This document shows, in pieces, positions 37,418-49,644 of a DNA stretch of 64,000 nucleotides (within the stretch, counting starts at the first letter, position 1; every line of letters starts with the position of its first letter). The stretch comes from a virus: the IMG/VR virus record IMGVR_UViG_3300047160_007939, positions 55,515 to 119,514 of that record. The stretch is one strand, 5' to 3'. The position numbers and the translations under genes were made by a program. The notes under the pieces are model-generated. The model saw only the letters and a program-made list of their open reading frames with translations, was not told the DNA's origin and did not search any database.

Positions 37418-38033
37418 TGAACAAGACAAGCAACGAGACACTGGTAGACAAGTTCGAGGCAGGCACGCACCTGCCCGAAGCGAAGGCCACGAAGCCGGCG
37501 ACGATCATCGCCAGCAACCTCTTCGGCCTGGATGAGACGACCATCGTCCGTACCCGCAAGCATCCCCAGGAAGGCTTTTCCATCTTCCTTCAGGTCGCCT
37601 CGCGGGAAGGGGGCGTGGTCCAGCTTGTCCTGGGCCGGCAGGTCTGCGATGCCATCTACCGGCAGCGTGACCGCCTGATGGACCGTTCGACGCCGGCCAG
37701 CCGGCAGCGAGCGAGAGCGAGCCGGGAGCGCGCCAGGGTGCGCGCAGCGAAGGCTGCGAAGAAAGCGGCGAAGGCCGCGAGCTGACACACAGGCCGGTGG
37801 GTGGAGAGCTGCCGCCCACCGACCTGACTTCCCAGAAAGGAGAACTGGATGTCAGTCGAAGAGCTGGAGCGGATGCGAGAGCGCATCCTGCCGGTGCTGG
37901 AGAGCGCGCAGCGCCTCTGGCGTGACCTGCCGGCGAATGCGCCGGTGGCGTTGGAGATGGAGCTGATTGAGGCAGGCAACAGCCTGCACCGAGCGATGGA
38001 CGAGGCAAAGCTCGCCATCAAGAAAGGAGACAG

Positions 38034-38819
38034 GTGACGACTATGGCTGGAATGATTGACGGGATGAGAGCTGACCTTCTGGCGCAAGACCAGGAGCGGT
38101 GTCTCGGGAGTGGCCGACCCTCGCCCGACTGGATCACGAGCGACGAGAGCCGGCCCCGGTACGGTGGAGCGGAGAAGCAGGTGCTGACCTCCGACCGTGG
38201 CAAGAGCGTGGAGACGAACCTCACCGACGACGAGGCGTTCGAGATACTGGTTGGGATCCGCAGGCCGAGCAACTTCGCCCAGGACCTGATCGTGGCTTAC
38301 CGCAAGAAGGGCTGGAGCCACAACCAGCGGGTATGGGGGCACATCATCGCCCTCGGCGAGTTGAACCCCGAGCCGAAGCCTGCCGGCGAGCAGGTGACGA
38401 ACGACATCGGCGGGCTGCTGGGTGTCTTCAAGCGTGCCCAGAGCCGCCTCAAGTTCCCGAAGGTGCGGCTTGCCGCAAGTGACGGAACGCCGGTGCGCTT
38501 TGGCATCGCCGGCCCGAGGAGCAAGCACGTCGGGACCATCGGCATCACGGACGACGGCGAGTACGGGTTCGACCAGAAGTGGTTCGGTCGCATCCATCTC
38601 GACGGCAAGTTCGAGAAGGGCCGGAACCTCACGCCGGCTGTAGAGCAGGTCATCCGCGACTTCGCCAGCGACCCGGCCGGGACAGCGGCAGCCTACGGCA
38701 AGAAGAGCGGCCACTGCTGCTTCTGCAATGCCGAGCTGACCGACGAGCGAAGCCGCTTCGTTGGATACGGCAAGATATGCGCCGGCAACTGGAAGCTGCC
38801 GTGGGGAGAGAAGGAGTGA
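38034..38819 (+). CDS. protein with C-terminal DUF6011-like zinc finger
   Basis: YGKKSGHCCFCNAELTDERSRFVGYGKICA. Confidence 0.7.
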   Translation: MTTMAGMIDGMRADLLAQDQERCLGSGRPSPDWITSDESRPRYGGAEKQVLTSDRGKSVETNLTDDEAFEILVGIRRPSNFAQDLIVAYRKKGWSHNQRVWGHIIALGELNPEPKPAGEQVTNDIGGLLGVFKRAQSRLKFPKVRLAASDGTPVRFGIAGPRSKHVGTIGITDDGEYGFDQKWFGRIHLDGKFEKGRNLTPAVEQVIRDFASDPAGTAAAYGKKSGHCCFCNAELTDERSRFVGYGKICAGNWKLPWGEKE

Positions 38820-41800
38820 GCCGGCTGGCCGGCCCAAGCCGGCTGCCCTTCGTTTCGTGGCGAGCCGCCGTTCACCGGCGGCAGCCACGGAACGGAAAGA
38901 AGACCCTCTGCGGCCTGACCATCCCCTCGCCGGTGAAGGTCGGGCCGGTGGGCTACTTCGAGCGGGTTACCCCGTTCCACCACTGCATCCACTGCCGGAG
39001 AAAGGAGAACCGATGATGGACAAGCTGGACTGGCTGGTGCTGGCCCGAAACATCCACCGCTACCTCTGCGTCTCGCCCACCACGGGCGAGGTGCTGTGCC
39101 GGCACAGAAGCGGCTGGGCGTGCGTCGGTCACCGGCCCGGCGCGAAGGTGGAAGCCGAGCTGACGAACGGAGCGCGCGTGCCGATCCGCTTCGAGCGGTT
39201 GCACGCGAGCAATGGGGAGAGGGCGCTTCTGCCCTACCCCGCGAGCGATGAGGCGATGGCCGTGGTGTGGGCTGCCGACCGAAAGGAGAGCAAGTGATGG
39301 CCTATCGCTACCGCAAGACCCCCAAGCAGCGGGGCATCGACGGAGTGGACGAGGTGCTCCGCTTCTGGCTCAACCGCGAGCCGAACAACAAGCGCGAGAT
39401 TGACATGCTCCGCAACGCTCTCGCGCTACCGAAGATGGACGTGGCCCAGCTTCAAGCGACGAGGATACTCCTCTGCCGGCTGATGGTGGCGAAGAACCAC
39501 GCTGCCGGCGAGTTCGCCGAATGGCTGGAGACAGGGGGCGACGATGCTTCGTGACCGTAACGGTATCCCGCTCTGGCGGGTGTTCATCCACTTCGTCACC
39601 GCAGACGGCAACAACGCGCTGCGGTGGCAGACGTGGAGCGGCGAGACGGCCCAGGATGCCCTGGACAAAGCCGCCGCCTATCTCACTGACTGGATGCGCG
39701 AGCATCTGGTAGAGGTCGGCGTTGAGCCTGCACCGGCCCCGGCGGGGTTCGTGGGCTACGAACCTCACTGGTATGCCCAGGCAGGAAGGTGACGACGATG
39801 AGCGTGATGCAGAGCAGCCACCAGGAGCGATGGGAAGAGATGCGCCGGGAGTGGGATGTCTACTGCCGCAACCTGGAGCGGCTGAAGCAGCAGAAGCGTG
39901 ACGAGCAAGAGCGGCAGCCGGTGGCGGGCCGCATCTACTACGGCCCGAAGTATGCCAGCGACTGCGATGGCTGCGGCTACGAGGGCGAGGGCTTCCGCCG
40001 CTACGACGAAGACCCGGCGCAGGTTCCCGTGGGGGAGCAGTGCTGCGAGCTGCTCGAATGTCCGAAGTGTGGCTACGGCCACTTCATCCGCTGAAGGGAG
40101 AACAACGATGGCACGATGGCGACGACGGGAGTTCGTGAAGCCGAAGACGAACGCGCCGATCCGTGACGGCGAGCTGGACATCACGGTGCGGCTGTCCGAC
40201 AACGGCCAACAGGCTGTGATCGAAGGTCCATCGGACAGGGTGCTCTCGCTCTTGGGCTTCGCATCCGACCGGCACGCAAAGGTGGCCGAGGAGGTGCGGA
40301 AGCGCCACAACGAGAGCAACAGTGAGGAGAGCGCGAACAAGCTGGTGAGCTGGAGTGGCCGGTTCGGAAAGCTCTACCACCGGGCGAGCACGAGAGCCGG
40401 CAACCTGAAGTTCGGACGAGACAGAAAGGAGAAGGTAGCGAGATGGCCGTTCCCCGTGAGCAGGTAGATGGCGACAACGGATTGATCACCGAGGGGGGTC
40501 TGCGGGTGCAGCTCTCCGAGGATGGGCAGCGAGCGATCGTACACCTGTCCGTACCGGAGCTGCTGGCGATGGTGGCCCACACCGCGAAGGCGAGGGTGGA
40601 CAACGCAGCGCAGTGGCGGAAGTCGGGCCAGCCCAAGCAGGCCAGCCGGCTCGACGCCTCGGCGGAAGATAATTGGGAGCTATCCCGGCGTATCGTCCGT
40701 CGCTCGCGGCGGCTGATGGCCGAGAAGGGGGTGGCGTGATGGCAGACACCATCCGGTTCGCCCCGCCCATCCAGCCGACGAAGCTTTCAGCGGAGACGCT
40801 GGCAGCGATGAACCCGGTGAGCCGGGGGTATCCCGACAGAATGCCCCTGGAGCGCGTCAGGAGCCGCAGGAAGGCCGCTGGAAAGCAGCGCCGCTACCGA
40901 AGGACCCTGCGCGACGATCCGGGATGGCGCAGGCGATGGATGATGACGGGTGAGTGAGAACCCTGCCGGCTGGCTGGCCGGCAGGTGGGGAGCGAGCTGG
41001 GTCCCGCCGCGAAGGTGCTCCCTGGACGCCCGCATAGGGCAGGCGACTGATCCCAGCATTGAGGTGACAAACGATGAGCGATCCCACAGAAGGCTTCCGC
41101 CGGCAGGCCGTGGCTGCCATCAACAGCCGTGTCGAGAGCGACGACGACGCTGCCGAGCGCGCCCGGCTGGAACCCATCCACGGTGAGGTCTGGAATACGC
41201 GGGAGCTGACCGAGGCGTTCGAGGTGCATAGCTTCCTCGCGCCCTTCGTGTCGGTGACGAGAAAGAGCGACGGGCAGAAGGGCTTGCTGGCGTTCCAGCA
41301 CATGCCCCGCTTCTACTTCGACTTCACTCCCGCCTGACATTACTACCCACCGGCCTGGGGTTCCAGGCCGGTGGGAGAAAGGAGAACGACCGATGGCAAT
41401 GATTGACACGCTGGACCGGAGCTGGAAGAACAAGCTGGCCGAGGCTGGCACGGTGGAGCAGGCGCTCAACGTGCTGGACGATTATCTCTGCCGCGAGCTG
41501 AACCACACCTACACCTGCCGCAACAGCGCCGAGATGCGCGAGCTGCGGAAGGTGCGGCACGCGGTACGGCGCGCAGCGGAGCTGGCCGAGGAGGTGAAGG
41601 TCTGATGGCGGTCTGTGACTTCTGCGGAACACCGGACAAGCCGGTGGTCCACACCTTCCCCGCCCACGACGTTGACTACAGGGCCATCGGGCTGCCGGGC
41701 GGGAAGACCAGTCAGGTGACCTCGGTGGGCGGCTGGTGCGCCTGCATCGACTGCAAGCAGTTGGTGGATGCCGGCGACCGACATGGGCTGACACGACACT

Positions 41801-44800
41801 GCGCGTCAGCCATCGTCAGCTACGACCAGGAAGCGGCTGCCGTGGACCGAGGCGAGCTGGAGCATCTGATCGACGCGCTCCACGTTGGCTTCTGGCAACA
41901 CAGGAAAGGAGATGAGTGGTGAGCGAGAAGGAGAAGACCGAAGGAGCCGGCCAGCCGGCTGGCGACGACGAGGATCCGAGGATCCAGGTGCTCTACGCTT
42001 TCGTAGGCATCAGGGATGGAGCCGAGGGGTTGATGACCGCCTGCACACCCAGCGGCGGGCACAAGCAGATGATCACGGCCAACCGTGGTGACCTCATTAC
42101 GATGGGGCTGCTCGCGCAGGCCATCGCCCAGACGGGCGAGCTGAAGGTCGAGCTGCGGGAGTACCGGCTGGAGAACGTCTTCCACGAGTTCGAGCCTGAC
42201 CCGGACGCGGAGATGGGCGTAGAGGTCGAAGTCATCAACCGGCAGGAAGCCGAGGCGCTCCTTCAGGCTGCGATGGCAGGGGGTGAGAACTTTGGCACAT
42301 CCTGACAAGCAGCCTGGGAAGGAGAACTACCGTGGCTACCACATCACGAACGTTTGGTTGTTCGTGAGCGTGGACACGGACGGGGACGAGGGGATCTGTG
42401 CCTTCAGAGGCACGGATGGGTGGATGCCGATGGTCGCCGCTGACGAGCGCCGGCTCCACCAGCTCATCCCCATCGCCCAGGAGCTAGCGAACGCCCGAGG
42501 CGTGAAGATCGAGGTGCGCGCCTTCGGGGGACCGGAGACGCACCTCGTCATCACACCGAGAAAGGAGAACGACGGTGGGACAGACAGTTGACTACACGGT
42601 ACACGACCTGGGGACGATGTGGCAGATCGTGGCCCACACCACCCAGGCCAGGGAGTGGGTGCAGCAGTTCGTCGGCGAGATACCCGACTACATGGGCAAC
42701 CACGAAGCCTTCTACGGCGACTGGCGACCGATGAGGGAGATTGCCAGGGGGATGCGCGATGCCGGGCTTGCCGGAGCCGGCCTGCCCTGGCACACCGACG
42801 AGAACGCGAGGTGGCCGGGTGAGAGCTGAAACTCGCATCATCTGGGATGCCAGCGAGATAGCTGGCTGGCAGTGGCAGATCATCGTGGAGATGTATCCGA
42901 AGGTCAAGACCTGCGGCAGCATCCGCCGGAAGTATCTGGCTGCCTTCACCTACGAAGAGCGAGAGGCGATCCGTGAGCTTTACGAGCAGTTCCGCCGGTG
43001 GGCGAACGTGACGGGTGCTCCCAGCGAGCACGAGGCGAAGCCCAACGAGGTAGCATTGATCCAGCGTGCCGTGGCTTTCTTCGGCACGGTGTAGAGAGGA
43101 GAGGTGATGAGCGAAGAGCTGACGACGGCGGAGTTGCGGGAGATGGCGTCAAGCGACTACTTCACCTTTGGTACGTCCGCGCCCTACGCGATGGGCGACG
43201 TGGTGATCGAGAAGGTGGGGTTCGGCTCCATCCCGATGTGCTGGGTGCGGGTGAACTGCCGTGAGCAGGACATCCGCGCCCTGGTTCCCGTGGTGCGGCA
43301 GAAGGTCTTCCGCTTCCTCGCGGCTGCCGGCGTACCGGATACGGTGCTCCAGTTCAGCCCGCGAGTGGGGGAGATACGCAGACGAGAACGGTTCGTAGAT
43401 GAGAACCCTTCCAGCCCGAGCCGGGGCAAGAACAAGTTTGGCGCTTGCTCCCGGTTCTCGTTCGAGATTGTCCCCAGCGGCCTGGGATACTTCGAGTTCG
43501 GCTGGCGAGGATCGACGTGGAGCCGTGGCCGCGTAAGAAAGGAGACGACCGATGAGTGAGAGCACGAGCACGCTCAACCCCACGCGCTTCTGGGCGGGGG
43601 AGCGAGCGGAGCAGCGGAGGATCCAGAAGTACGAGAACCGCCGGCAGCTCCTCTTCTTGTTCCAGGAGGTGGTGGGCCACCTCCTGGGCTGGGAGATTGA
43701 CGGCGACCAGCCGCACGAGGAGCAGGGGATGTTCGGCCTGCGCCATCTGAAGACGGGCGCGCAGGTCTGGTTCGAGCTGACCTCGGGAAGCATCCCCGAC
43801 GAACGACCGCTGGGGAAGGAGCACGGCGACCGGATCGCCCTGCGGGTGCGCTGGCCGAAGAAGCCCTCGAACCTGCGAGAACAGGCGAAGGAAGTCGTCT
43901 GGGTCGAGAACGGCAACCCCGGCGCGGTGCGGACGCAGATCAACATCGGCATCGACCGGACGCCGAAGCAGATCGCCGCGTCCTTCGAGAACCGCTTCGA
44001 GGTGGAAGCCATCGAGCTGTGGCAGAACGCCTTCGCAGAGGTCCAAAAGCAGAACGCTGCCGAGGCGACGAGGGATGCTTCCTTTCTCGACCTCGCCCAG
44101 CTCACGAAGGGCGAGCCGAACGAGCACGAGACGAAGAGCGGCCAGCTCTTCGTGCGGCGGGGCTTTGCCGGCTCGCCGGATGTTGCCGTTCACGGCGGCA
44201 ACGCCATCTACATCAACTTCAGGGGGCTGCGCTACGACGAAGCCGTGGCGATCCTGAAGGCTGCGAGAAAGGAGGGTGACGAGTGAACCGGATGCGCTAC
44301 CTGACGAACTGCGTCGAGGTGGGGATGTCCGAGCTGGAGCATCTCCAGGCGATGCAGGACGAAGGCCGCGAGGTGACGCTTGCCACGGTGCGGCGTCACT
44401 GCGACCCGGCAGACTTCCGTGCCTTCGAGCGCCGGATGGGGTACGACACCGGCGGCGAGCGCGGTGGCCTGCGGCTGAAGGACGACTGGCACGTTGGCTA
44501 CTTCAAGAGCACCTGGAAGGGCCGACCGTGCTACTACATCGTCCACTCCGCCATCGAACACATCTGGGTCCCGGCTTAACCGCCGGGACCCAGCCAGAAA
44601 GGAGAACACGAATGACGGTGGTGATGAATATGAGCACCGGTGAGCTGACCGGCTACACCTGCTCACCAGAGTTGGCTGTGCTCTGCGCTCACGCGCAGGG
44701 GTTTGGTGATTACAACACCTGGGCCTACGAGGAGACGTACCCAGGCGAGGTCCAAACGAGCAGAAGCGGTGACACGGTATGGGCCGGTCACTACTGCGCG

Positions 44801-44886
44801 CTCACCCGCCAGGGCAGGGAGAAGTACCCCATCGCCCACCGGCGGGAGCTGCGCGAGGTGCTGGACATCCGAGAGGTGGTGGAACG

Positions 44887-45156
44887 ATGAAGCGAGTGGT
44901 CTGGAAGTATACGATGGGTAGTCAGGACAGCACGTTCAGTGTGCCCATCGGGGCGAAGTTCCGACACGCCGACCTTCAGCACGGCAGCCTGACCCTCTGG
45001 CTTGAGGTCAGCCCCCGCTACGCGAAGGTGGACCGGCGCTTCGTCGCCATCGCCACGGGCGAGGAGTTCGACCCGTCGCGGCTGGAGTACCGGGCCACTA
45101 TCATCGCCGGTGGCGGCTCGACCGTGTGGCACGTCTACGAAGAGGTGCTCCAGTGA
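44887..45156 (+). CDS. small conserved phage protein (DUF7352-like)
   Basis: VWKY..PIGAK..LW.EV.P..RRF..ATG..VWHVYE pattern. Confidence 0.55.
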   Translation: MKRVVWKYTMGSQDSTFSVPIGAKFRHADLQHGSLTLWLEVSPRYAKVDRRFVAIATGEEFDPSRLEYRATIIAGGGSTVWHVYEEVLQ

Positions 45157-45620
45157 AGCGCGGCAAGCCCGATAGCGTTGGCAGGCCGGAGCAGCCGCTG
45201 GTGAACCCCTACCACGTCAACCCCCATCCGTGCTCTTCGTGCCCCTACGCGAAGAGCACCCCACCGGGGGTCTGGGCGGAGCACGAGTATGAGAAGCTTC
45301 GCCGCTTCGATGAGGGTTACCAGTTCATCCCCGAGATGTCTACCTTCCTCTGTCACCAGACAACCGCGACCGGCGTGGATACGCTCTGCCGTGGCTGGTT
45401 GACCGTCCACCGCGAAACGCCAGCCTGCCGGATCCTGGCAATGAGCGGGCACATCTCCTGGGACGAGCTGTACCGGGAGCCGGTGGTGGAACTCTACGAG
45501 AGCGGAGCCGCCGCCGCCGACGCAGGGCAGGCTGCCATCAAGAAGCCCGGTACGCGGGCAAAGAAGATGGTCAAGCGCCTGATGACGAAAGGCATCGGGC
45601 TGAAAGAGAGGGACCAATGA
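45153..45620 (+). CDS. DUF6283-like Cys-rich protein
   Basis: PCSSCPY..GVW..EYEKL..FLCHQ..LCRGW. Confidence 0.6.
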   Translation: MKRGKPDSVGRPEQPLVNPYHVNPHPCSSCPYAKSTPPGVWAEHEYEKLRRFDEGYQFIPEMSTFLCHQTTATGVDTLCRGWLTVHRETPACRILAMSGHISWDELYREPVVELYESGAAAADAGQAAIKKPGTRAKKMVKRLMTKGIGLKERDQ

Positions 45621-46146
45621 GCGAGATGTTCCCGAAGACCGACGAGGAGAAGCTCCGCTGGCTGACGGAGCGTCTCCATAACTCCACCATCCTGTTAGCC
45701 CAGACCAATGACCCAACGCGCCAGCGCAAGTGGGAAGCCTGGGTGCTGGAGTGGGCACGCCGGATCAAGCAGTTCCGGGAGACGGGCGAGTTCGACGCCT
45801 CGGCCACCATCAGAAAGGAGAACAAGAAGGTTGGCAAAGCGAAAGAAGCAGCCCAGCCGGGCTGACCGCTGGAACGACGCGCTCGGGCGAGCACGCCCGG
45901 CGCTGTCGGATCTGAAGTCCGCGCTTGAGGATCTGGAAGAGGTGCGCCAGGAGTACGTGGACTGGCGCGACAACCTGCCCGAGAACCTCGGGCAGTCTCC
46001 GGTGGGGGAGAAGCTGAACTACGTCAGCGACGAGCTGGACGTGGAGAACGCCGTCTCCGAGCTGGAAACCATCGAGAGCCTGCTGGACGACGCCGAGGGA
46101 GCTGACTTGCCGCTCGGCTTCGGCAGGGATTGACCAACCGCCTGGA

Positions 46147-46175
46147 TTGACGCTCGTCGTGAGGCGTGCTACAAT
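46147..46175 (+). promoter_or_regulatory. sigma70-type promoter
   Basis: TTGACG -17 bp- TACAAT with extended TG. Confidence 0.7.
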
Positions 46176-46216
46176 CCAGGCGGTTCCATCGAGCTGACAC
46201 GAAAGGAGAACAGACC

Positions 46217-46618
46217 GTGAAACGTATCGTGGCCTTTGGAGTGATCGCCATCGTGGTGGCGCTCCTGATTGCTGCCCTCGCTCCCAGCGCACACGCGCAG
46301 AACTCTCTGCCGGGCGGAAGTATCGTGGGAACCTGGACGGTGACCGTCACCTACCCCAACGGCGTACCGATCACCCAGAAGTGGGTGCTGGGGCGCAGCG
46401 GCACGGCGATGATCACGCCGATCTTTCCGTGGGTCCCCGTCTTCTCGTCCGCTACGTGGCGGCGCAACAGCGAGTACCTGGGAATGACGGATGACCTGGG
46501 CGGGCCGGAACTCTGGTATCGCTGCACCCTACGCGGCGACACCTTCACGCTGGTTCCGGTTGATATGAGCGGACGACGCCTCGAAGGTGAAACCTACGCA
46601 GGGCAACGACGCTGGTAG
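46217..46618 (+). CDS. secreted beta-rich protein
   Basis: Signal peptide KRIVAFGVIAIVVALLIAALAPSAHA; IVGTW motif; own promoter and terminator. Confidence 0.7.
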   Translation: MKRIVAFGVIAIVVALLIAALAPSAHAQNSLPGGSIVGTWTVTVTYPNGVPITQKWVLGRSGTAMITPIFPWVPVFSSATWRRNSEYLGMTDDLGGPELWYRCTLRGDTFTLVPVDMSGRRLEGETYAGQRRW

Positions 46619-46647
46619 CCGGCCAGCCGGCAAGAGAAGGATCGGAT

Positions 46648-46680
46648 GGGAGGGGGCCGCGAGGCTCCCTTCCTGTTTTG
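46648..46680 (+). terminator. intrinsic terminator
   Basis: GGGAGGGGGCC-gcga-GGCTCCCTTCC followed by TGTTTT. Confidence 0.6.
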
Positions 46681-47811
46681 TCAGACTGAAAGGAGACGAG
46701 CGACGATGAGCGAAGAGAGACAGGACTACGCTCGCGGCGGCTACATCGACAGTTGCCGGCCTGGGGACATTATCACCTGGAACGGCGAGAACTACCGGGT
46801 CACCTCGACCTGGGCAAACGCCGTTCAGGTCGAGCCGGTCTACGGTGGGTTGAAGACGCGGGTCTACTACCAGACGCTCCGCGAGAGCAAAGCGTTCTTC
46901 GCGGCCCGCCTCATTCCGTGCCTGCCGCCGGAAGGAGAGACGAAGCTGTGAGCAGCGAGTGTCCCTTCTGCGGCGAGCCGGTCTTGCCCGAAGAGAGCGT
47001 CGAGATTAACAACCGAACGGTGCTGGCACACCGCGACTGTCTCTTGCGGCAGGTAGTCGGCTCCGTAGCTCACCAGCAGGGGCGCTGCTCCTGCTACGGC
47101 GGAGACGAAGGCGACGACCCCGCGCTCACGCGCAGGGAAGCGGCAGCCGCTGCCGTCGCTTACTTTGAGCGAGAGAAAGGAGACGAGCGTGAAAATCCAG
47201 ACCTTTGAGCCTGGGGACGGGGTGTGCTACTTGATCGCCGTTGATCGCATCACGCCCGAGCAGACGGAGCGGCTGGGCCTAGCCGAAGTGATGTTCTTCT
47301 TCGGCCACTTCACGGCTCCCCTGATCGGCTGGGCGTTCCGAGACGGGGAGCACGCTGGCTGCCTGGAGTTCAACTACTTCGTCAGCAAGATGGTTGCAGG
47401 CCGTGCGCTGATGAACAGCTACGACACCTGCGCGGCCTACCACGTCGCCTGCGAGCTGCTCGGCAGGCGCGAGGATATGCCGCCGCAGCAGCCGGAGCAG
47501 ATGGACTGGCGAGCCGACTGGCGGGATCTGCTCGCCGAGCTGAAAGGAGAACTGAACCGTGAGCAAGAGTAGCGAGGTGCGTGGCGGCTACGTCACGCCC
47601 CTCAACCCGCCCAACACCGGCGACGTGCTGATCTACCAGAACCGGAGCTGGCGGGTCGATCAGGTGGTCGGTGGTAAGGGCGGGTTCATCACGTTGGACC
47701 AGGGCCGGCACGGACTGGCCGACTATAAGAACGTCACGCTGGACGACCTCGTGGGCCGTGCCTACTACAGCCATCGCAGCGTGGCCGTGGATCCGCCGAA
47801 GGAGGTGACGA

Positions 47812-48396
47812 GTGGCTAGGCTCCCTCGCCTCTGCAGCATCAACCTGACCGGGCGTGCGAGAGACAGCCAGCGGCAGAAGGTCTACGAGTGGGGATGGGC
47901 GATGGAGAAGCTGTCGCCTGTTCCCACCTACCGCTCGCTGATGAGCCTCGAAGATGCCGAGGCTTACGTGGCGAAGGTCTGGGCCGACTACCGGAGCAGC
48001 CCGCCGCCGCGCGTGGTGGACGGTAGGGGACGGGCCAAAGCCTCGGGCAGTATGCACCGCATCGCGCTCCCGAAGTGGGCGCGGCAGCCGGCCACCATCC
48101 TGCACGAGCTGGCCCACGGCCTGACGGATGCCATCTCCGACAACCACGCTTGGCACGGGCCGGAGTACGCCCGCTGCCTGCTGGAACTCTATGCCCGCTA
48201 CCTGAAGGTCCCGAAGCGGGCAGCCCTGGAGCTGGCGGCGAATTATAGGGTCAAGATCGCCGCCGTCGCCGCCTGCCCCCAGCCGCTGGACCGTGAGGAG
48301 AAGCGGCTCTCCGCCGAGGTGAGCCGGCTGCGAGCGGAGCTGAAGACGGCGGAGACGGCGCTGCGAGCGCACCGCGACAAGAAGAGAGGAGTATGA
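47812..48396 (+). CDS. SprT-like zinc metalloprotease-domain protein
   Basis: ILHELAH (HExxH) followed by WHGPEY. Confidence 0.7.
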   Translation: MARLPRLCSINLTGRARDSQRQKVYEWGWAMEKLSPVPTYRSLMSLEDAEAYVAKVWADYRSSPPPRVVDGRGRAKASGSMHRIALPKWARQPATILHELAHGLTDAISDNHAWHGPEYARCLLELYARYLKVPKRAALELAANYRVKIAAVAACPQPLDREEKRLSAEVSRLRAELKTAETALRAHRDKKRGV

Positions 48397-49644
48397 GTTG
48401 AGCAAGACGACCATCGTGGAAGAGCCGACCCAGCCGGAGGAGCCATCCAAGCATATCGTCACCTGGGCAATGTGCCCGACCGTGGGCTGTCACTGGCAGT
48501 GGGCCGTGGCCGTGACGAAGGAACCACCGCACACGCTCGCCGAGTGGGAGATACCCTACTGCATCCACTGCTCGACCGACGAGCATAAGGTGATGGGGAT
48601 CATCATCCCGCCCGATGAGAAGGACCACATCGAGTACATCGCCTCGACCTCGGAGCCAACCCAGGAGGAAGCGGCGCTGCTCCGTGACCTGCTCCTGATG
48701 CTGGGCCGGCGCTCGCCCGAGCTGAAGCTGCACCGGTTCCGCTTTGCCGGCCAGCCGGCAGGCGTGCTCTACGAGCACATCAATCCCGAGGGAACCTTCG
48801 GACGGATCCGCCCGATTGCCGTACTCCTCACCCCGACGCTCCTGAAGGCCCTGCGCCCGCCACGGGATTGGGCCATCCAGCCGGCGTCCATAACTCTGAC
48901 AGACCAGACCGAGAAAGGAGAGACGAACGATGACCCTGACAACGGATGAGGCGATGGCCGCGCGCCGCCGCCAGTGGGAAGAGCGCGACCGCAAGAACGA
49001 GGTGCGCGCGAAGAAGGCTGCCGACACCCGGCAGCGCCGCGACCGGGAGCACCGCGTCTGGAGCGGGGATCTGGCAACCCCCGTCCTGGAGTTCATCAGC
49101 GAGAACTTTGGCGAGGAAGCCGAGGAGCGGATCGTGCCCGAGGGGATCCTGGACCCCTTCGGCTACCGCATCCGCTTCTGGGCCGGCGACCGCAGCCGGC
49201 ACAGCCCTGCCGCTCACTTCGGCGAGGTGGACGTGGACTTCCGCTACGGCTCCGAAGCCGAGACGCTGGAGCACGCGAAGGAGATGCGCGAGGCGCTGCT
49301 CCACATCGGCATCCAGGCGACCCCCAGCGGTGAGGATGGGATCTACATCCAGCCGTCGCACCGCGAAGGGCTTCCGTACTGGGAAACCAGCCTGAACATC
49401 TCGCTCGCGGACGTGGCGACCCTGGTTGGCGTAGAACCGCCTGTGCCGGTGCGGTAAAGTCGGTACTTACACTGTAACGGTTGCCGACATATTATTAGTG
49501 GGGGTGTTGTGCGCGGCCAAGCCCAACAGTTAGCGCACGCACCCCCAAAATGTTGGCTACTAGGTAAGTGGCGGGTGAGCTGGCCCGCCCTTTGTAATGG
49601 GAGCGCGCCCTGCGCCCCCTGTAGAGTGAAAGGAGAACAGGACC

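Larger units (their letters stand above)
37417..49457 (+). other. cluster of about 35 small, tightly coupled early-type hypothetical ORFs
   Basis: Examples: 37417-37785, 37849-38037, 38816-39016, 39013-39297, 39297-39554, 39544-39792, 39789-40094, 40108-40467, 40443-40739, 40739-40957, 41074-41337, 41393-41605, 41605-41922, 41919-42305, 42283-42591, 42575-42829, 42819-43094, 43104-43559, 43552-44286, 44283-44579, 44612-44890, 45617-45865, 45831-46133, 46706-46951, 47189-47572, 47559-47819, 48398-48949, 48930-49457; many have AAAGGAG RBS and overlapping start/stop codons. Confidence 0.7.

Noticed and set aside
49460-49640. Possible tRNA or ncRNA in the intergenic gap
   Set aside because: No cloverleaf or T-loop consensus could be identified.
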